NCBI RefSeq assembly: GCF_009914755.1
Contig: NC_060928.1
Reading direction: 5' to 3' (one strand)
Length of the DNA stretch: 64,000 nucleotides
Origin: the human T2T-CHM13v2.0 reference genome, Homo sapiens
This document shows, in pieces, positions 49,973-64,000 of the stretch; position 1 is the stretch's first letter, and each line of letters starts with the position of its first letter. Position numbers and translations under genes: made by a program. The notes below the pieces were generated by a model. That model did not search any database and was not told where the DNA came from. It was given only the letters and a program-made list of their open reading frames with translations.

Positions 49973-51642
49973 ATTTATTTATTCCTGTCAGAAAAAAATA
50001 ACCCTCCACACAAGCTTAAATTGCCCTAGTGCAAATAACACCTCACCAGAGACTGAAGGTTAATTCTCATCCAAAGTCTGATTCCTTCAGTCCCATCAGG
50101 AGTTTATTTATCCTATGCTTAAATATTGTCTATGATGAACCCTTCACTCTTTCTCAAGGTAATGCATTGTCTCTAGGACAACGTTGTTGTTAGATGGTTT
50201 TTTTCTTTTACCTGATTTCTTGAGGATAAGTGATAGCTTAATTATAAAACAACAAAGATAGATGTGTTCCATGTAAACCACTTAATCTTCATCCTTATAT
50301 CTCCTTCAGATAACATCAAGTCAAGGCTCTCTTAGCATTGGTGAAGCAGGGGAGGCTGCTGTGCTGTGGGGTCCCATGAGCTGAGTTATCATATGTTGGC
50401 TACTAACTGCAAGCCAAATGCCTGACTTTAGGTCTGAATTTGTCACTCATTAGCTGAGTAACTTTGGGCAAGCTCCAACATTTTCCAGTTTCTTGATTTT
50501 TAGAAATGAGAAAATTAATACCCTCACAGGGCTGTTGTAAGAAAGAAGCAACATAGTGACCATGAAAGCAGTTTTTAAACCAAACTGTTCAGTGGAAGCA
50601 TAATTTTAACTCATTATCCTCTACTTCACAGTCACCACTCAGAATCATAAATTATCAGATGTACAGAGTAAGAAGGGTAGAGAGGGAAGGGCAGAGAATG
50701 AAGTAGAGTTGACATGCTCATAGTGAACCCAGAAGACAATATTCCCCAACTTTGAGTGTCATAGCTGAAGAAAACTTAAACATTATGTAATTTAACCACT
50801 TTGTTTCATAGATGAGAAAACTGAGCCCTGACGAGGGAAACAAATTGCCCAAATTCAAGAGCCAGGCTATTTAATTGCTGAACTAAGAAAGGATCTATTC
50901 TGACTCTAAGACCAGTGCTTTTTCTCCTTGTTCACGTGACAAAAGAAATGCCTGAATGTTCCATTTCAGACTGCGCCTCTTACCATACCCTCCTCTCTCT
51001 TCCTTGATCATGGAACATATGGCTTTCTCACCAAAGCTCTCATTGTAAGAAATTGGGAAATGGATTACATGATAAGTATGCCTTCCCCACAAAAACCAAC
51101 CAGCTGCTCATCTTTGAGAGAGAGGCATTCTTTTAGGCTCAAGCAAGCCAAGAGGAGCAAAGGCCCTCACATTGTACATTAATTTCTACTGATCAAAAGA
51201 AAAAAAATTTACTTAGGTGGACAAAGCAGGATTTCTTAGTTATGATTGTGGGATAAGAGATACAAATGCTTTATGTAAATTAAAATTCAAATATTCTGAA
51301 AATAAATAAAAGAATTTTCTGAAATGGAAGGGGCCAGGTTCCACATGTAGTAAACATTTACTTTATATTTCTCACAGCCTGGTGTTGTAGACTTCTGCAT
51401 TTCATAAGCATCTACCTCCAAGAGCTGTGCAACCCCGGGCTTGATGCCTGTGATTTTACCATATCTATGATAGTTGTGATAATGATGTGTACCTGTAGAT
51501 TAAATGAGAAGACACCTACAAAGCCCACAGCACAGGGCCTTGTAGAACATGAGGCATGGTGCCATAGTGAATCCTGAAATGGGGATTTGTGAGCTCATAG
51601 GCCTCAAGCTCTGGAGTCAGATACATATGGAATTATGGGCAA

Positions 51643-52700
51643 GTGTAGCAGACACTGTTGGTTGCCTTCCTAGAGATATCAGTTCTCTCCACTTCCTTCT
51701 TCCTCAACCATGTTCTGGTACCTGCTCTCTCCTCATCATGTGCTGTTTTAGGAGGGATTGCACACCTTTTCCAGGCCCTAGGATGGGTCCAAATTGGTCT
51801 AAACTGATCTTGGTGGTTCCCATTCCCCTGGGCAGTGATTAGCTTAGGTCTGGGCATGTGATGCAATTTTGGCCAGTAAGATCTAAGAAGTTGGCTAGGG
51901 GACTTTCAGGAAAGGGTTTCTAGCTCTTAAAATAAGACATTGCTGTGGGTGGAATTTTGTCTTTTCCAAAAATGTGTTCAATCCTAACCCCTGGTACCTG
52001 TGAATATGACCCTATTTGAAAATAGGGCCTTTACAGATGTAGTTGAGTTAAGGTAAGTTTATTCCAGAGTAAGGTGTGGCCTAAATCCATTATGATTGGT
52101 ATCCTTATAATGAGAGAAGAGACAGAAGGACATACACGCAGAGAAAAAGCAATTGGAAAGAGATTGGAGTGATGCATTTACAATGCAAAAAACGTCAAGG
52201 ATTGCTAGTCATCTCTAGAGCCTAAGAAGAGGCAAGGAATCTCCTTCTCTAGAGGTATCAGAGGGAGTCTGGCCCCGCTGACACCTTGATTTCAGACTCC
52301 CAGCTTCCAGAATCATGAGAAAATAAATTTCTGTTGTTTTAGGCCATCCAGTTTGTCCAGTTTATGGCACTTTGTTATGGCAGCCCTAGGAAACTAATAC
52401 AGGCACAAAGAAAATATGTGCCCTTGGTCTCTCCCTTTGGATTTTTTATGTCTGGATGAAGCTCTTGAAACTTCCATAGCCCGGTTGTAGCTCTGTGGAC
52501 CAAACTTGAAGATTATGGTGACTCTCTGGGGCTGGCAGGATGAAAGGTTGAAAATAACCCAGGTGTGAAGTCACTGAATTCACAAATCCTAAAGCTGTCT
52601 CCCTCTGTTCTTCCTGTTGTGTCCGATAATGCATCTCACTCATTGTTCGAGCCATGCTGAGTTGATTTTTCTGTTACTTTCAGACAAAATAATTCTGATT
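51643..52700 (+). mobile_element. Old ERVL-type LTR (LTR16-like), split by MLT1C
   Basis: 'tgtagcagacactgttggttgcc...gggcatgtgatgcaattttggccagtaagatc'; resumes after 52401. Confidence 0.55.
51941..52401 (+). mobile_element. MLT1C-like solo LTR
   Basis: 'cctaacccctggtacctgtgaatatgaccctatttg...gacaccttgatttcagac...ggaaactaataca'. Confidence 0.9.
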
Positions 52701-53637
52701 CAGAAAGTTATTCTCTCTCTGTCCCTCATTTCCTCATCTGTAACATAACAATGCTATAGTACCTAGTCCATAGGATTTTTTGTGACAAATAAATAAAATA
52801 GAGAATCATCCAGGTATTTTTCTCTTTATCTAATTTTTGCCACAGTGCATGATAAATTCAATACCTGCCAGCTACTACTATTATTCTGTTTCTTCAGATT
52901 TAACATGTAGTGAACATTCAGTAAATATTTGTTTTTGAATGAATGAATGAATGAGGTCACTGTAATGCAAAAGGGAATATAGAGATGCTAATAAGGACAA
53001 GCAAATTGCAATATGAGAGATGGAAAGATTTATCCTGGACCCTGGCTCCAAATCAAGACCTGAGGGCTACATATGGCCTGGGTCAGGTTGGTGAGGACTC
53101 ACTCCTGGCAAGTCTGACATTTTTATGCAAGGAGCTTTGAATTTAAAAATACCTATTGGGGTTTGCAGATAATCTAGGTTGTGGGATAGGCAGGAAGAAG
53201 TGAGGCTCAGAAACTGCCTTCCAAAGCCCCCCAGGTTGAGGCCTCAGCCCGACTGCACAAGGATTAAGGAGAAAGAAGTCAGGAGCTTTGTTACATCTCC
53301 GAGTTAAGGAAAAGGGCTTTCATTTTGCCTGAGGGAGAGCAACTGACTGTTTCTCCCAAAGACCTTGTTTGAAATTAAGGTCTTGGAACACTGGATTCAA
53401 TTAACTACCAGTTTAAGAACCTTGGGGAATCTAACTTGCCATGTGCTTCATTTTCCCTTACAAATCACCTCCTGTTTCCTTGCCTTCATATTTCTCCCAC
53501 CTGCAGAGAATTCTGTACTCAGGACTAGGTCAAGACCAGCTTCCTTTTCCTGAGTTAAAAGTGAGGAATACTGGGCAGGCTTTGCCTTCAGTGTCAATTT
53601 TACTGTCAGCTTGGCCTATAATCAAGTTCTTGAGGAA

Positions 53638-53638
53638 A

Positions 53639-53680
<42 letters not shown>
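53638..53680. repeat. (AC)n microsatellite with one interruption
   Basis: Direct reading. Confidence 0.95.
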
Positions 53681-53682
<2 letters not shown>

Positions 53683-53824
53683 TACAATCTGGGACTATGC
53701 AGAGTCAGAGATGGATTAGACAAAATCTTTGTCCTAAGGAACTCACAGTCTAGTGGGAGGAGAAAGAAAGATAAATTGATAAATGCCTCATTATTGGTAG
53801 ATGCCATAAAATAATCATAGTACT

Positions 53825-54206
53825 TGTTAAATCAAGTTTAGCTTGAAGCTGCCTTCTTACATATTTTAAGTTCAGCCCAAGGTTTTCTCTGTACATCGTG
53901 AACTATAGCAACAGATGGTAGCCTACGCTTGTGCCAATCACCAAGTTTTGGCTAATCAAATGTAGCCAACGGTTGCAACTGTGTTCAAATAAGGCAAGTG
54001 GTGAGCTGCAACCAATCCAGCTGTTTCTGTACCTTACTTCCATTTTCTGCAGTCACTTTCCTTTTTCTGTCCATAAATCTTCCACCACGTGGCTGCATTG
54101 GAGTCTCTGAGCCTACTCCTGCTCGGAAGGCTGCCTGATTCCTGAATCATTCATTGCTCAATTAAAATCCTTTACATTTAATTCAGCTGACATTTTTCTT
54201 TTGACA
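53825..54206 (+). mobile_element. ERV1 solo LTR, MER57-like
   Basis: Starts 'tgttaaatcaagtttagc', ends 'ttttgaca'; CCAAT boxes; perfect 4-bp TSD tact. Confidence 0.85.
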
Positions 54207-57200
54207 TACTGAAGTCCACATGAAAATTGGAGAACACTGAAGAGAGGCTTAATTAGGAACTGGATGGTGTCAGGACAGGTTTCACAGAGAGGTGGTGCCT
54301 CATTCTGCTAAATTTTGCAGTGAGAGCAGGAGTTTGTCAGGTGCAAGTCTGGATAAAAATACGTGTCAGCTGGGAGTTAACTGAGATTCTACACTGTGAG
54401 GGGCACAAAATATCTCTAAAGCAAACTGGAATGAGGTTCCAGTTGGCCTAGGCTTCTACCTGTGGTTCCTGTTGTGCTTGGAGGAACGCACCTTGCTTTT
54501 CCTCTTATTTGATGAATATAATGAAAGCCTTATTTTGCATTTACTATATTATAAACAATTAGAAGTTCTGTTTTCTAGTCAAAACACAGTCTTCATCCTT
54601 AATATGCTGTGTGGCTTTTGACCCTTGAAACAGTATTAAGAAGTGGGAGGTAAGCACATTTAGGGTAGAAGAACAGACAGAGCTCATTAATCTGCATTGA
54701 AGAGGCAGAGACAGATCCAAGAGGGCTGCCGTAGTGGGAACGGGAGCTGGGGAAGAGTTGGGAGAAGGCCCAGCATTGCTCTGGCTCAGAAAATATGCCT
54801 TCAAGGAGAGACTTGTGGAATGGAGCTATTTTCTATGACATGCGATGTTCCATGTGACATGAATGCCCTCCTCCATCATCTCTGTGATGTTGAGTAGATT
54901 CTCCTTGGTCACCGATACACTTATAGGAGTGGTGTGTTTCAAAGGAGCTTAAATAAGAAAGTGACATAGTAATTGATATGTTATTTACTGACCTAAGAAA
55001 GAATGTATGTACTTAACATTTAAGTGAATAGAAAAGTATTTTCTCTTCACTGATGCCAAATAGATATTGAAATATGTTTAAGAATAGCAGCTTACAGTAA
55101 GGCCAGCCACCTATTTCTTTTTTCCAAGTGCAGGGAATAAGATGCATGAAGGCCCAGAGGTGTGGCCCTCCCTTTGGAGACTAGCCCGTGGTTTGGTGGA
55201 GCTGGAACAGTGAATGTGAGTTTGAGTGGGTGGAAGGTGATGGAGGAGAGATGGGCAGGAGCTGGATCATGAAGGTGCATGAATGCCTTGTAGAAAGGTT
55301 TCTGTTTCTTCCAGTGGACTCTCATAGATTGTAAAGAGCTACTGAGGAGTCTCTATTTATCCAATAGAGTCTTAGAGATCATGGGAAACTATATCAGAAG
55401 CAGTATAATGGGATCATTTGTACTACTCAATTTTTTCAGAGGGGATTTTGAGGTCTGAGAGTGGACATATTTCTGCCCAAGGTCATTCAGTGAAGTGTGA
55501 CAGAGTTAACTTATATTGAGCTATATTTGTTATGCCGTAGTTCCTCCCTATCTCTTCTCTAAGGTAAATAACAGAAAAGAGTGTAAGGCCTACCATAGTG
55601 AAGGTGTGGCCTGGGGAGCTAAAAGATAGTTAGGCTGATATGGGTTTGAGTTCCAACCCATCACTTGTTGTTAGCTGTGAAACCTCAAGTGAGTTTCTCA
55701 GTCTTTCTGAGAACCCTGAATAATAGAGATTTTTAGCTGAAAAATGAGAATGGTAATGCACATAATACTGTGGAGATTTTGTGAGAATTAGAGAGCATCA
55801 CACATGTAATTATTTATCACAATGCCTAGTACATAATTCATATGGATTTCAGTCTACCTATTTGTTTGAATTCTTTTCTTTGGAGTCACAGTGTCTTTCT
55901 TTGCATATGAACATATCTGAAACACCGGAACACAACATTTGCCCTCTCCATTCCCACTTCTTACTCTTCTCTTACACATTCTGAGCATCAATTATGGACC
56001 ATATAACTGAGTGTGCACCCTCTTCCCATTGAAAAGTCCCTTCTCTCCCTTAAAGTAGGAGCACAGATTGAGTAACATAGTGCCTATTGGGGACTAATCC
56101 ATGCTGAGTTAACTCAAAGGCTAGTTCTCTCATGTATGGTGATACATAAAACAAGAATCTGCTGAGCAGTGTCTTCCCCCCCCAACACAGAGGCTCTAGG
56201 AGGGTCAAATAGGTCTCAGAGTGTTGTCCCATGGGCACAAAGGAAGAATACAGTGGACTGGAGACACATTGTGAATACAGCACTATTATTATTCTCTGCT
56301 CTGGAAATGAACCCAGTAGGCGCTTCTTTGTCAGACCCTATAGGCAAACCTTCCCTGAAAGAAGAGCCTTTCCTCAAATTTCTTGTCCAGACTTACAGAG
56401 CTGTTATTATCCCAACAGTTTCTCAAGATAAATAGAAGGACTTAGACTCCAGAACGACTGTGTTGCTTGAGTCTATTAGCCCATATTTAAGATGGTGATT
56501 TTTAAATGGGCTTTTTAGAGTAATGCTTTGTCACTCATTATAGTGAAGCAAATACCCTCATCAAGTGTCAGCACCTGCTTGGAGAATGTATTTTAGCAGA
56601 GTAAATGTTACCTGTGAAGGTACTCAGAGAAAATTAGTATCACATACACACTTGTCTCAACTTCCTGGTCCGGCATTTTCCCCACTATCACTCTTTATAT
56701 ACGTTAATGCTCCAATCAAACTAAACTAGTTGCTCTCTTTGACAACTTTTGCTTTCTTTCATTTGTGGGTTACTGATACAGTTTTCTTAGCTTAGAATGC
56801 CTTTTTGCCCATTGATGCTTGTTCAATTCTATTTGTCTAGCATGAATCATCTCAAATCCTACCATTTCCAAGGAGTTTCTTTCTCAGCAAAGAAGAAATC
56901 ATTTCTTCTTTCCCTGAACGTCCCTGATACTTTTTCCCGAACCTCTGTTAAGGCACTTACATGCCTCAGCACTCCTAAAGTGTAAGCTCCTTCAGGCCTG
57001 GACTTGCATCTTAACATCTGGGTGTTTTGCATCTTTGCGAGGCAATATAGCAGGAGGTCAAAGACATGGAGCCTGGGGTCAGGCTCCGGGATACACTCTG
57101 GGCTGTACTACTAACCAGCTGTGTGATCTTAGACAATTACTGGCATAGCATAATCACTCAACAATGTAAGCATTAACTGTTTATATTCTTCATAACACAC

Positions 57201-58779
57201 AGGAAAGTGCATGGTATATCCATTCTGTGCTCAGTAAATGTTTATTGAATGAATACATAAAAAGGCAAATGAAAAGTAGTTCATCCTTGAATGTTTGTTG
57301 AATGAATGGATGAATGAATAATTTAATGGATTTGGAATAACATTTCTCAAGCACACTTCTTTCACAGAACCAAAAGAAACTGCTCTTTCCTAAACTCACT
57401 GTCCCATTAAATATTCCTCCCTTAGAACCATCTACCAACAAGATGATATGGCTTGTACAGTATTCTATTTTTATTTGTTTTAAGAGTGATTATGCTAAAG
57501 GGCTGCTTCAAACTTTTGCAGATTGAAGAAAGAGGATTACTTTCCTTGCCTGTGAATAGGGTTGGTTTCTCTAGAAGAGCAGAATGGAAGCACCTTCACC
57601 ATTCTATACCAATGGCATTTCTGAGTGGACAAGCTGAAATTCAGTAATGTCTCCAAGCACTGTGGCTCTCCTTTCAAAATGAACTTCGAGGCTGCTAACC
57701 CTGCATGACATAGCCTACAGGCCACTCCACTCCCTCCCTGTTCTCATCAAACAAGAGAAGTTGCACAAGCTGGAGGGGCAGCTGGATCACAGTTTATGCT
57801 GCCCCCAGGATGCATCTTTCATCCTAATGGTGCTTATTCAGCTGTGGGGATGCATTGGTATCTAGCTGATTTTTGAAAAAGTGCAAAAGTCCATTTAAAA
57901 ACACAACCAAATCCTCCTTTTGAGAGAGGCGCCTTGTGTGGGGGTGGGGAGGAAAAGGATGAGAAATTTTTCCGTCTTATTTTCTGATATTCTTTGCTTT
58001 GTAGGCGAATACTTACAGAGATGCCTGCAGGCGGTTTTCCAGAGTCCGTTTCTGACCAAAGTCAATAAAGCTCTTTCTCTATGTGGGAAGGAAGCTCTCT
58101 TTTAGACTACTTTCTTACTTTGTGCTTTCTTATGTAGATAAGTCATCTAAAAATCACACAGCCACAGGTCCTTATCTGTCAGGGCCTGGTAGCAGCACTA
58201 GTGGCATTTTTTTCATCCAATAAACATGAATTAAGTTATTTCTATAGTGCCAGGCACTGAGACAGCTATAAATTGGGGATAGAGGGATTCAGAGGAAAAG
58301 CTGCCCTTTCTATTTTTGTGTGTGTTTTCCTACTATGTGCCAGGTACAGTAACTTTTGTGTAATAGTAGTGAGAAAAAGCAATTTAAAAATCATTTCCAT
58401 TTTATAGAAATTTAGAAGTGGAAACTCTGAGAAGTGAAATAATTTGCCTAATATCATTCAGGAAGGTATTGAGTGTTTGAGCTGAGCTTTCTGATATTGG
58501 CCAGTAGAGAGAAGTGGAATAAAGAAGAAAGGGCACCTTGGGAAGAATTATTGGTATAACAAAAGCAGGGGGTGGTGATGGGGAGATGGGAGGGCCAGAT
58601 CAGGTTCTGCAAAGAGTTTTGTGCATTGTCGTTTGAACCGTAATAAGAGAGAAGTTTGGATTGGGAGGAAAGCTTGATAACATGAAGCAAGGTTTGGAAT
58701 ATCAAGCTCTGCCAATGAAATTCATTCTTAAACACCTGGATTTATTCCTGTCAACAACAGTAATAGGTAAGACTGAGTT

Positions 58780-59340
58780 AATAAAGATAATCAAATAATC
58801 CATCAGTGATTTTTATTGTGTTTCTCCATGATAAAACCAGTGCGTACTCATTATAAACATTTTGGGAGTGTCAAAAAAAATAGAAAGAAAAAAATTGACC
58901 TTTGAGTTATTTCTCAGTGCAGCTACTATGCACCATTTTGTCTTTTTCCTTTAAGTTTTTTTTTCTTCCCTTCTAAATGCTTGGGTTGTTTGGTTTACAT
59001 AATTATCAGTATATTGTAAATAAAACTTAGTACCACTTTTCACTTACTTTGTAACATGTAACTTTTTTTTTTTACATGCTATAAGGTCTCTAAAATTTAC
59101 ATTTCATGATTATAATCCACTCATTGAATATACCACTCTTAATATAAACAAGGCTTTAGAGTTGGATATTTAGTTGTTTTGTACTTTTCACACCTGATCA
59201 ATAACATTTTGATGAAAATGTGCTTCAAGTTTTTCTAAAAATTCAAATAATTTATATAAGATGATTTTCCAGGAGTGCTGCTACTAAATGAAAGATCACA
59301 TGTACTTTTCAGCTCTTCTGTCATAAAACCAATTTAAGTG
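58780..59340 (-). mobile_element. Ancient L1ME 3' fragment
   Basis: 'cattgaatataccact...ttggatatttagttgtttt...ttttccaggagtg'. Confidence 0.55.
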
Positions 59341-59484
59341 TTTTGTTTTGTTTTGTTTTTGTTTTAGAGTACCAACAATTTGTCTGGTTATCTGCTAGGC
59401 TGACTCAAGAATCTTCATTCTAGTGAGATCGCTAAAAACAATATGAAATATCATAAAGTGCTGGTGATGAGGAATATTAGGAAC

Positions 59485-59547
59485 CTGCGTCACGTATCAT
59501 GATGAATCAGACTTTCTGCATCACGTATCGTGATGATTCATGACTTT
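59485..59547. repeat. Tandem duplication, 31/32-bp units
   Basis: ctgcgtcacgtatcatgatgaatcagacttt / ctgcatcacgtatcgtgatgattcatgacttt. Confidence 0.9.
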
Positions 59548-60039
59548 CAGAGCTGGAAGGACCCTCAGAAAAGCATCCAGTCTTGGCCCAAAGCTGCAGA
59601 TGGGCAAAGCATTTTACAGCAGGCAGCAAAGGCCAGGACAAAGCATGTATTGAGTAAATGGCAGAGCAGTTTTCAGATCTCTAAAATCATCACCTCTTGG
59701 TCATTTCTAGCATAAAAGTTCTATGGTACCAAGACTAGTCCTCTGGCTCTATCTGCTTAGACCTGGAATTCTTAGCATTTGATACAGCCCCATTTACAGG
59801 AGTATGGCACACTCCCTCAAATAAGTCAATCAATTCAGAGACAGTGTTCCGTCAGAATTTCCAATGGGAAGAGTTTGGTTTGCACCATGTTTGATAGGTT
59901 TGTTTTCCCACATATCCCACTCCCAATGTACCAAAAAATGTATCTACCTAGTCAACAAATACTTCTCCCTCTTCATGCTTTCCAAGCCTTTCTTGGGGAG
60001 ATCACAGCCTCCCTCTATTCACTTCTTAGTAATCCAATC

Positions 60040-60415
60040 ATAGTATCCCAATTATGACCAATAAGATATGAGGGGGAAACCTGCTGGGAAGCTGTTGGGA
60101 ATACTTTTGTTCATAAAAAATTGTTACATGGAAAAGATATCTTCTTTTGCTGAATATTTTTGTGTCTGCACGTGGTGTCCAGAACTGCAGCAGCAACCTT
60201 GTGATCCAGAAGACAGTTAGGAAAATCTGTTGGGATTTCGTAGTAGAATAATGGGGGAAAAAACTGAGTTTCAAATGATGTCTTTGAGTTGATAAATTAT
60301 ATCTGAAGCCTCCGTACACCTCTTGTTATGTGGCAGAATTATTCCTCATTGTTTAAATGAGTTGATATTAAGCTTTCAATTATTTAAATCTCAAAGCATC
60401 TTTACTGCTATAGTA
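60040..60415 (+). mobile_element. Old MaLR/ERVL LTR fragment
   Basis: 'gaactgcagcagcaaccttgtgatcc', 'cttgttatgtgg...aaagcatctttactgctata'. Confidence 0.5.
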
Positions 60416-60792
60416 TATGTGAATGATATCCTCAATCATGGGGCCAGCTCATCTAGATTGCCAGGGTACTGCATTAACAGCTTCTACTTTGGACAGGTGT
60501 GTGTTAAAAAATGCTCAGCTTTGCTCTCATCGCCTCAAGGAAATCTTTCTCATCCTCTGCCTAACCTTCAACTCCATTTGGTTTGGATGTTTCTCCTCTG
60601 AGCTTTCATAATAACCTCTTTGGTTTTATTGTATTAATGTTGTTTCTGTCTTCCCACTAAGCTTTGAGTTCTTTAAGGACAGCAACTGTTTTAGTCATCT
60701 CAGTAGCTCCACTCTTAGAATTCAAAATGGAAAACAAAATAAGTAAGTTATTCACCAGATTGCTGTGACTCTTTTCATTAAGGTATTAAGTG

Positions 60793-60827
60793 GTGTGTAT
60801 GTGTGTGTGTGTGTGTGTGCGCGCGTA
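60793..60827. repeat. (TG)n(CG)n alternating purine-pyrimidine tract
   Basis: 'gtgtgtatgtgtgtgtgtgtgtgtgtgcgcgcgta'. Confidence 0.9.
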
Positions 60828-61559
60828 TGGACATCCACATATGTGTTCATATCATTTTTATTAGAATTTGGTACCTTTACTCACTCATATGCCTGCTGTA
60901 TTTTCTTTTCCTATCTCATTCACATAAGGCAGCATCTCTCATAAATGTAAACCAAACCTAGTTGACATGAAACTCCTATGCCCCCAAGGAAGACTTAAAA
61001 CTGCTTGGAGTATCTTTTCTTGCTGGAAGGACAATTTGAAGAGTGTGTGGGTCATTGAAAGCAGGAGAGGGATGCCTGTTCATTCTGCTGAAAGACTTCT
61101 CATTATGCTACTGGCCACAAGGTGTCCATCTCTCAGTAGGAAGAATGCATAGCTTCTGGAGAGTGTGTCTTCCACCACCCCCAGCTCAAGGGACTTTGAG
61201 AAGTTGTTTAAGGATTGTGTAGGTGGCTTGAGACTCTATCCAAAGGAATAGGAATGTGTGATCTATAATAGTTACTCAATGACTAAGCTACAAGCATCAC
61301 AAGGCCTGCAGATGACTAATAATTATTCTCATTCTACAGGGTATGGTTTGCAAAACAAAGTAAGCAAGGCCTCTGCTCTTTTGTCCTGTGAGTCATTCCT
61401 GTAAAATGAGTACCCTGGGCTCCAGTGGTAAGGTGCAGAGAGTACCAGGAATACTAGCTGGTATTTTCCACTTTTCTCCCTGCCTGCTCTATCCACCTAT
61501 CTCCCCTACAGTCGCAGTCCTTTTGGGGCCACACTTCCCCTTGAAAGCCTTGAGGGGAG

Positions 61560-61805
61560 GCTGTGCTGTGCTGGGGTTAAGAATCCGACTTTGACTTCTA
61601 ACATAGAGGCTCACATCTGGACTCCCTCATTCCCAGATGTGTGGCTTGGGCAAAAGACTTAGCTTCTCTGAGCTCCAGTGGTTCTCATTCTTAGGTGGAG
61701 ATAATGAAGTAAGTTATAGAATTGTTATGGAAACTAATGGATATAAAGTGCTTAGTATACTGCCTTGGTGCAGACTAAGAGCCCAAGAAATGGTAATTAT
61801 TATTA
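61560..61805 (+). mobile_element. MIR
   Basis: 'ggggttaagaatccgactttg...cttgggcaaaagacttagcttctctgagctccagt...taaagtgcttagta'. Confidence 0.75.
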
Positions 61806-64000
61806 AGATTAGCTAAAAGTTTTCCTCAGGCTGTCTGCAAAGAGTGAAATAGCTGTACAATTTAGGGACTTTTTTAAAAAAAAAAACTTCTCTAATCTTT
61901 TGTTTACTCATCTTAAAAACCAATTATAATAATCTTTACCTTGCAGTTTTGTAGGCGAAGTACAGCAGGACATGGCAAAGTGTATGGCATAATGTAGTTC
62001 CTTTACACATACATATTTTTTCTTTTTTCTTTTCATGGTGGATGGAAGATTCCTTTGGTGTGTTCAAATTCCTAAAGTAGCTCTTTCAGGCCTTTATGGT
62101 AGAAGGTGTTAGTTCTTCAGCACTAACCCCAGAAGACTGGTTTCCTAACACTAGCATATACACTGATGCTGGGTATTTATCTGCCTTGGAAGATAAAAGG
62201 GGTTTGGGGTTTCTGAAAATGGCAGAGGCCTGGGCACTGTTGACATGTATTACCCTGGATAGGGTGTGGCCAGGTGCAAACCCACAGAGGCCAGACCCTG
62301 GGCAGTACAATTTAGAAGTAACATAGACAAGGTGATGTCTACAGGGCTCATTCCCAAATGTTCTGGGCCAGGAACTATGATGGTGTGCTTATTTAAGTGT
62401 AGAGAGGAGGAGGAGCCCCTCACTAATGACATCCACTGGGCTTCCTGCCATTCTTCCCACTGTGGGCTCACAGATGAACTTTACTCGATTTCGACTAATA
62501 AATGATGTGGCATTTTTTGGATGCTAATGTGGAATAAGTTCAAATTGAGTATATCTATAAGCAACAAGTAAGGTAGGGCCTACTCAGAAAGGCTTAATAA
62601 ATGATAGCTAATATTATTCTTATTCTCTCTCAAAGAGAGATAGGGTTTCAGGCACAAAACTTGAGTGTGGATTTTGGAGTCAGAAGCAAGAATATCATTG
62701 TTGGCTCCATCAGTTACTGTCTTTGTTCTCTTAGGCAAGTCGTTAAACCCTCCCTTTGCTCATCTATATGGTTCAGATGTTAAGAGTCTCTTTCACAGAG
62801 TGTGGTTGGTCATAAGAGTTAAATGATGGAATCAAGTCTAGCTTGTATAATTGATTGATAGTTGTTATTATTAACACTACCATGATTGTATAGTAGCTGT
62901 TGAGGGAAGCTTTGTGCTTTTCACATTACAGTTCCTGAAGATCAGTGTAGAAAGGTAAGAGTTCAAGACCATCAATTCCAACTCTATTGTGCTTATTAAC
63001 ATTCACTCTAGAGGATTCTGGGATGCTTTACAGTGAATATGTAGGCTTAGAAAAACATCTTTTGATAATAGCCATGCATTTTCATGTTGATGGTCCTGAC
63101 ATTAAAAGCTCTGCATGGTTGGAAATGACCAAGGACAAAGGTAGGGTGATAGGATATTTTGAAAAACTTTCAAGGCAATAGTTTTTTCTTTGGGAGTAGT
63201 GTTAGAGTGGAAAAAAAAGAGTAAAAATTTTGGGAACATGGAAATATTGCAATTTCATCTATAATGCCCTTTGGAGATATAAATTAACTTTATTCTTTTA
63301 GCAAAATAAATCATTTGTCATAAACTTTTTTTTTTCCCTTTAAAGAGCTAAAGACCTGGTGTGGGATGAAGAGAGAAACCTCTAAACATTTGGAGGATGT
63401 TTTTCTTTACTGCTTTTCGGAAGTTATTGAGAGTAAAAACAAATCTTCTTTAAAATCACCTGCCACATTTTGTTTTGGGAGACTCTTCGTCCTGGATTTA
63501 GTGCAGACTAATATTACACCTCTTTTTTTGTTTTCTTTACAGTTCAATTCAATTCAGTATATTTTATTTCCATTTAATTCAGTGTAGCTTAATTAATTTA
63601 TTATCATTGACTATGTGTTTGTACCTAGTCTTAACCAAATGGGGAAAGAAAAGAAACAAGTGGCAGAACCTCATATTTCCCTGGGAATTCTGAGTGCTTA
63701 TGTAAACCAAGAGAACCTCAGTTACAAGTGGGTAACACTGAGGTTCTCTCAGTTTACATAAACACTCAGAATGCCCAGGGAAAACCCTACAAATGCAGGT
63801 GGGAAGGGCCCAAGTGCATAATTCTGCCATTCTTACTCCACTTGATATTCTCATTTATTCTCTAATAGGTTTTCAAAGAAAGAGAAAATTGAAGGCCTAG
63901 AAGAAAATTGAGTGTCATGGAAAAATGTTGCAATCTATTTTTAAGTGAAAGCAGTCAGGTTGTAGATCTATATATATAGTATGATCCAAATTTTGTATGT

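Overview
Primate (human-like) euchromatic non-coding DNA, roughly 40% GC by eye. There is no credible protein-coding exon, RNA gene, CpG island or processed pseudogene, and all ORFs in the track look spurious or repeat-derived. The window is dense in interspersed repeats: six Alus (2 AluY, AluSp, AluJ, a split AluJ, one fragment), many L1 fragments, MIR and L2, MaLR LTRs (THE1, MST, MLT1), ERV LTRs (MER39, MER51, MER57, MER21) and hAT MITEs (MER5, MER20, MER30, MER3, MER94), plus several STRs. Repeat names come from my recall of the consensus sequences, not from a database run. L1s and Alus are strongly biased to the minus strand, which suggests an intron of a plus-strand transcript. The most notable structures are: (1) a local ~270-bp inverted duplication (~94% identical arms, 333-bp spacer) joined to a truncated Alu through microhomology; (2) an AluJ split by what looks like a much older L1ME-type segment; (3) a chain of alternating perfect palindromes at 25.7 kb; (4) a twin-primed L1; (5) several repeat-free, homeobox/POU/SOX/TCF-motif-rich segments that may be developmental enhancers. 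I see no evidence for a new gene system.
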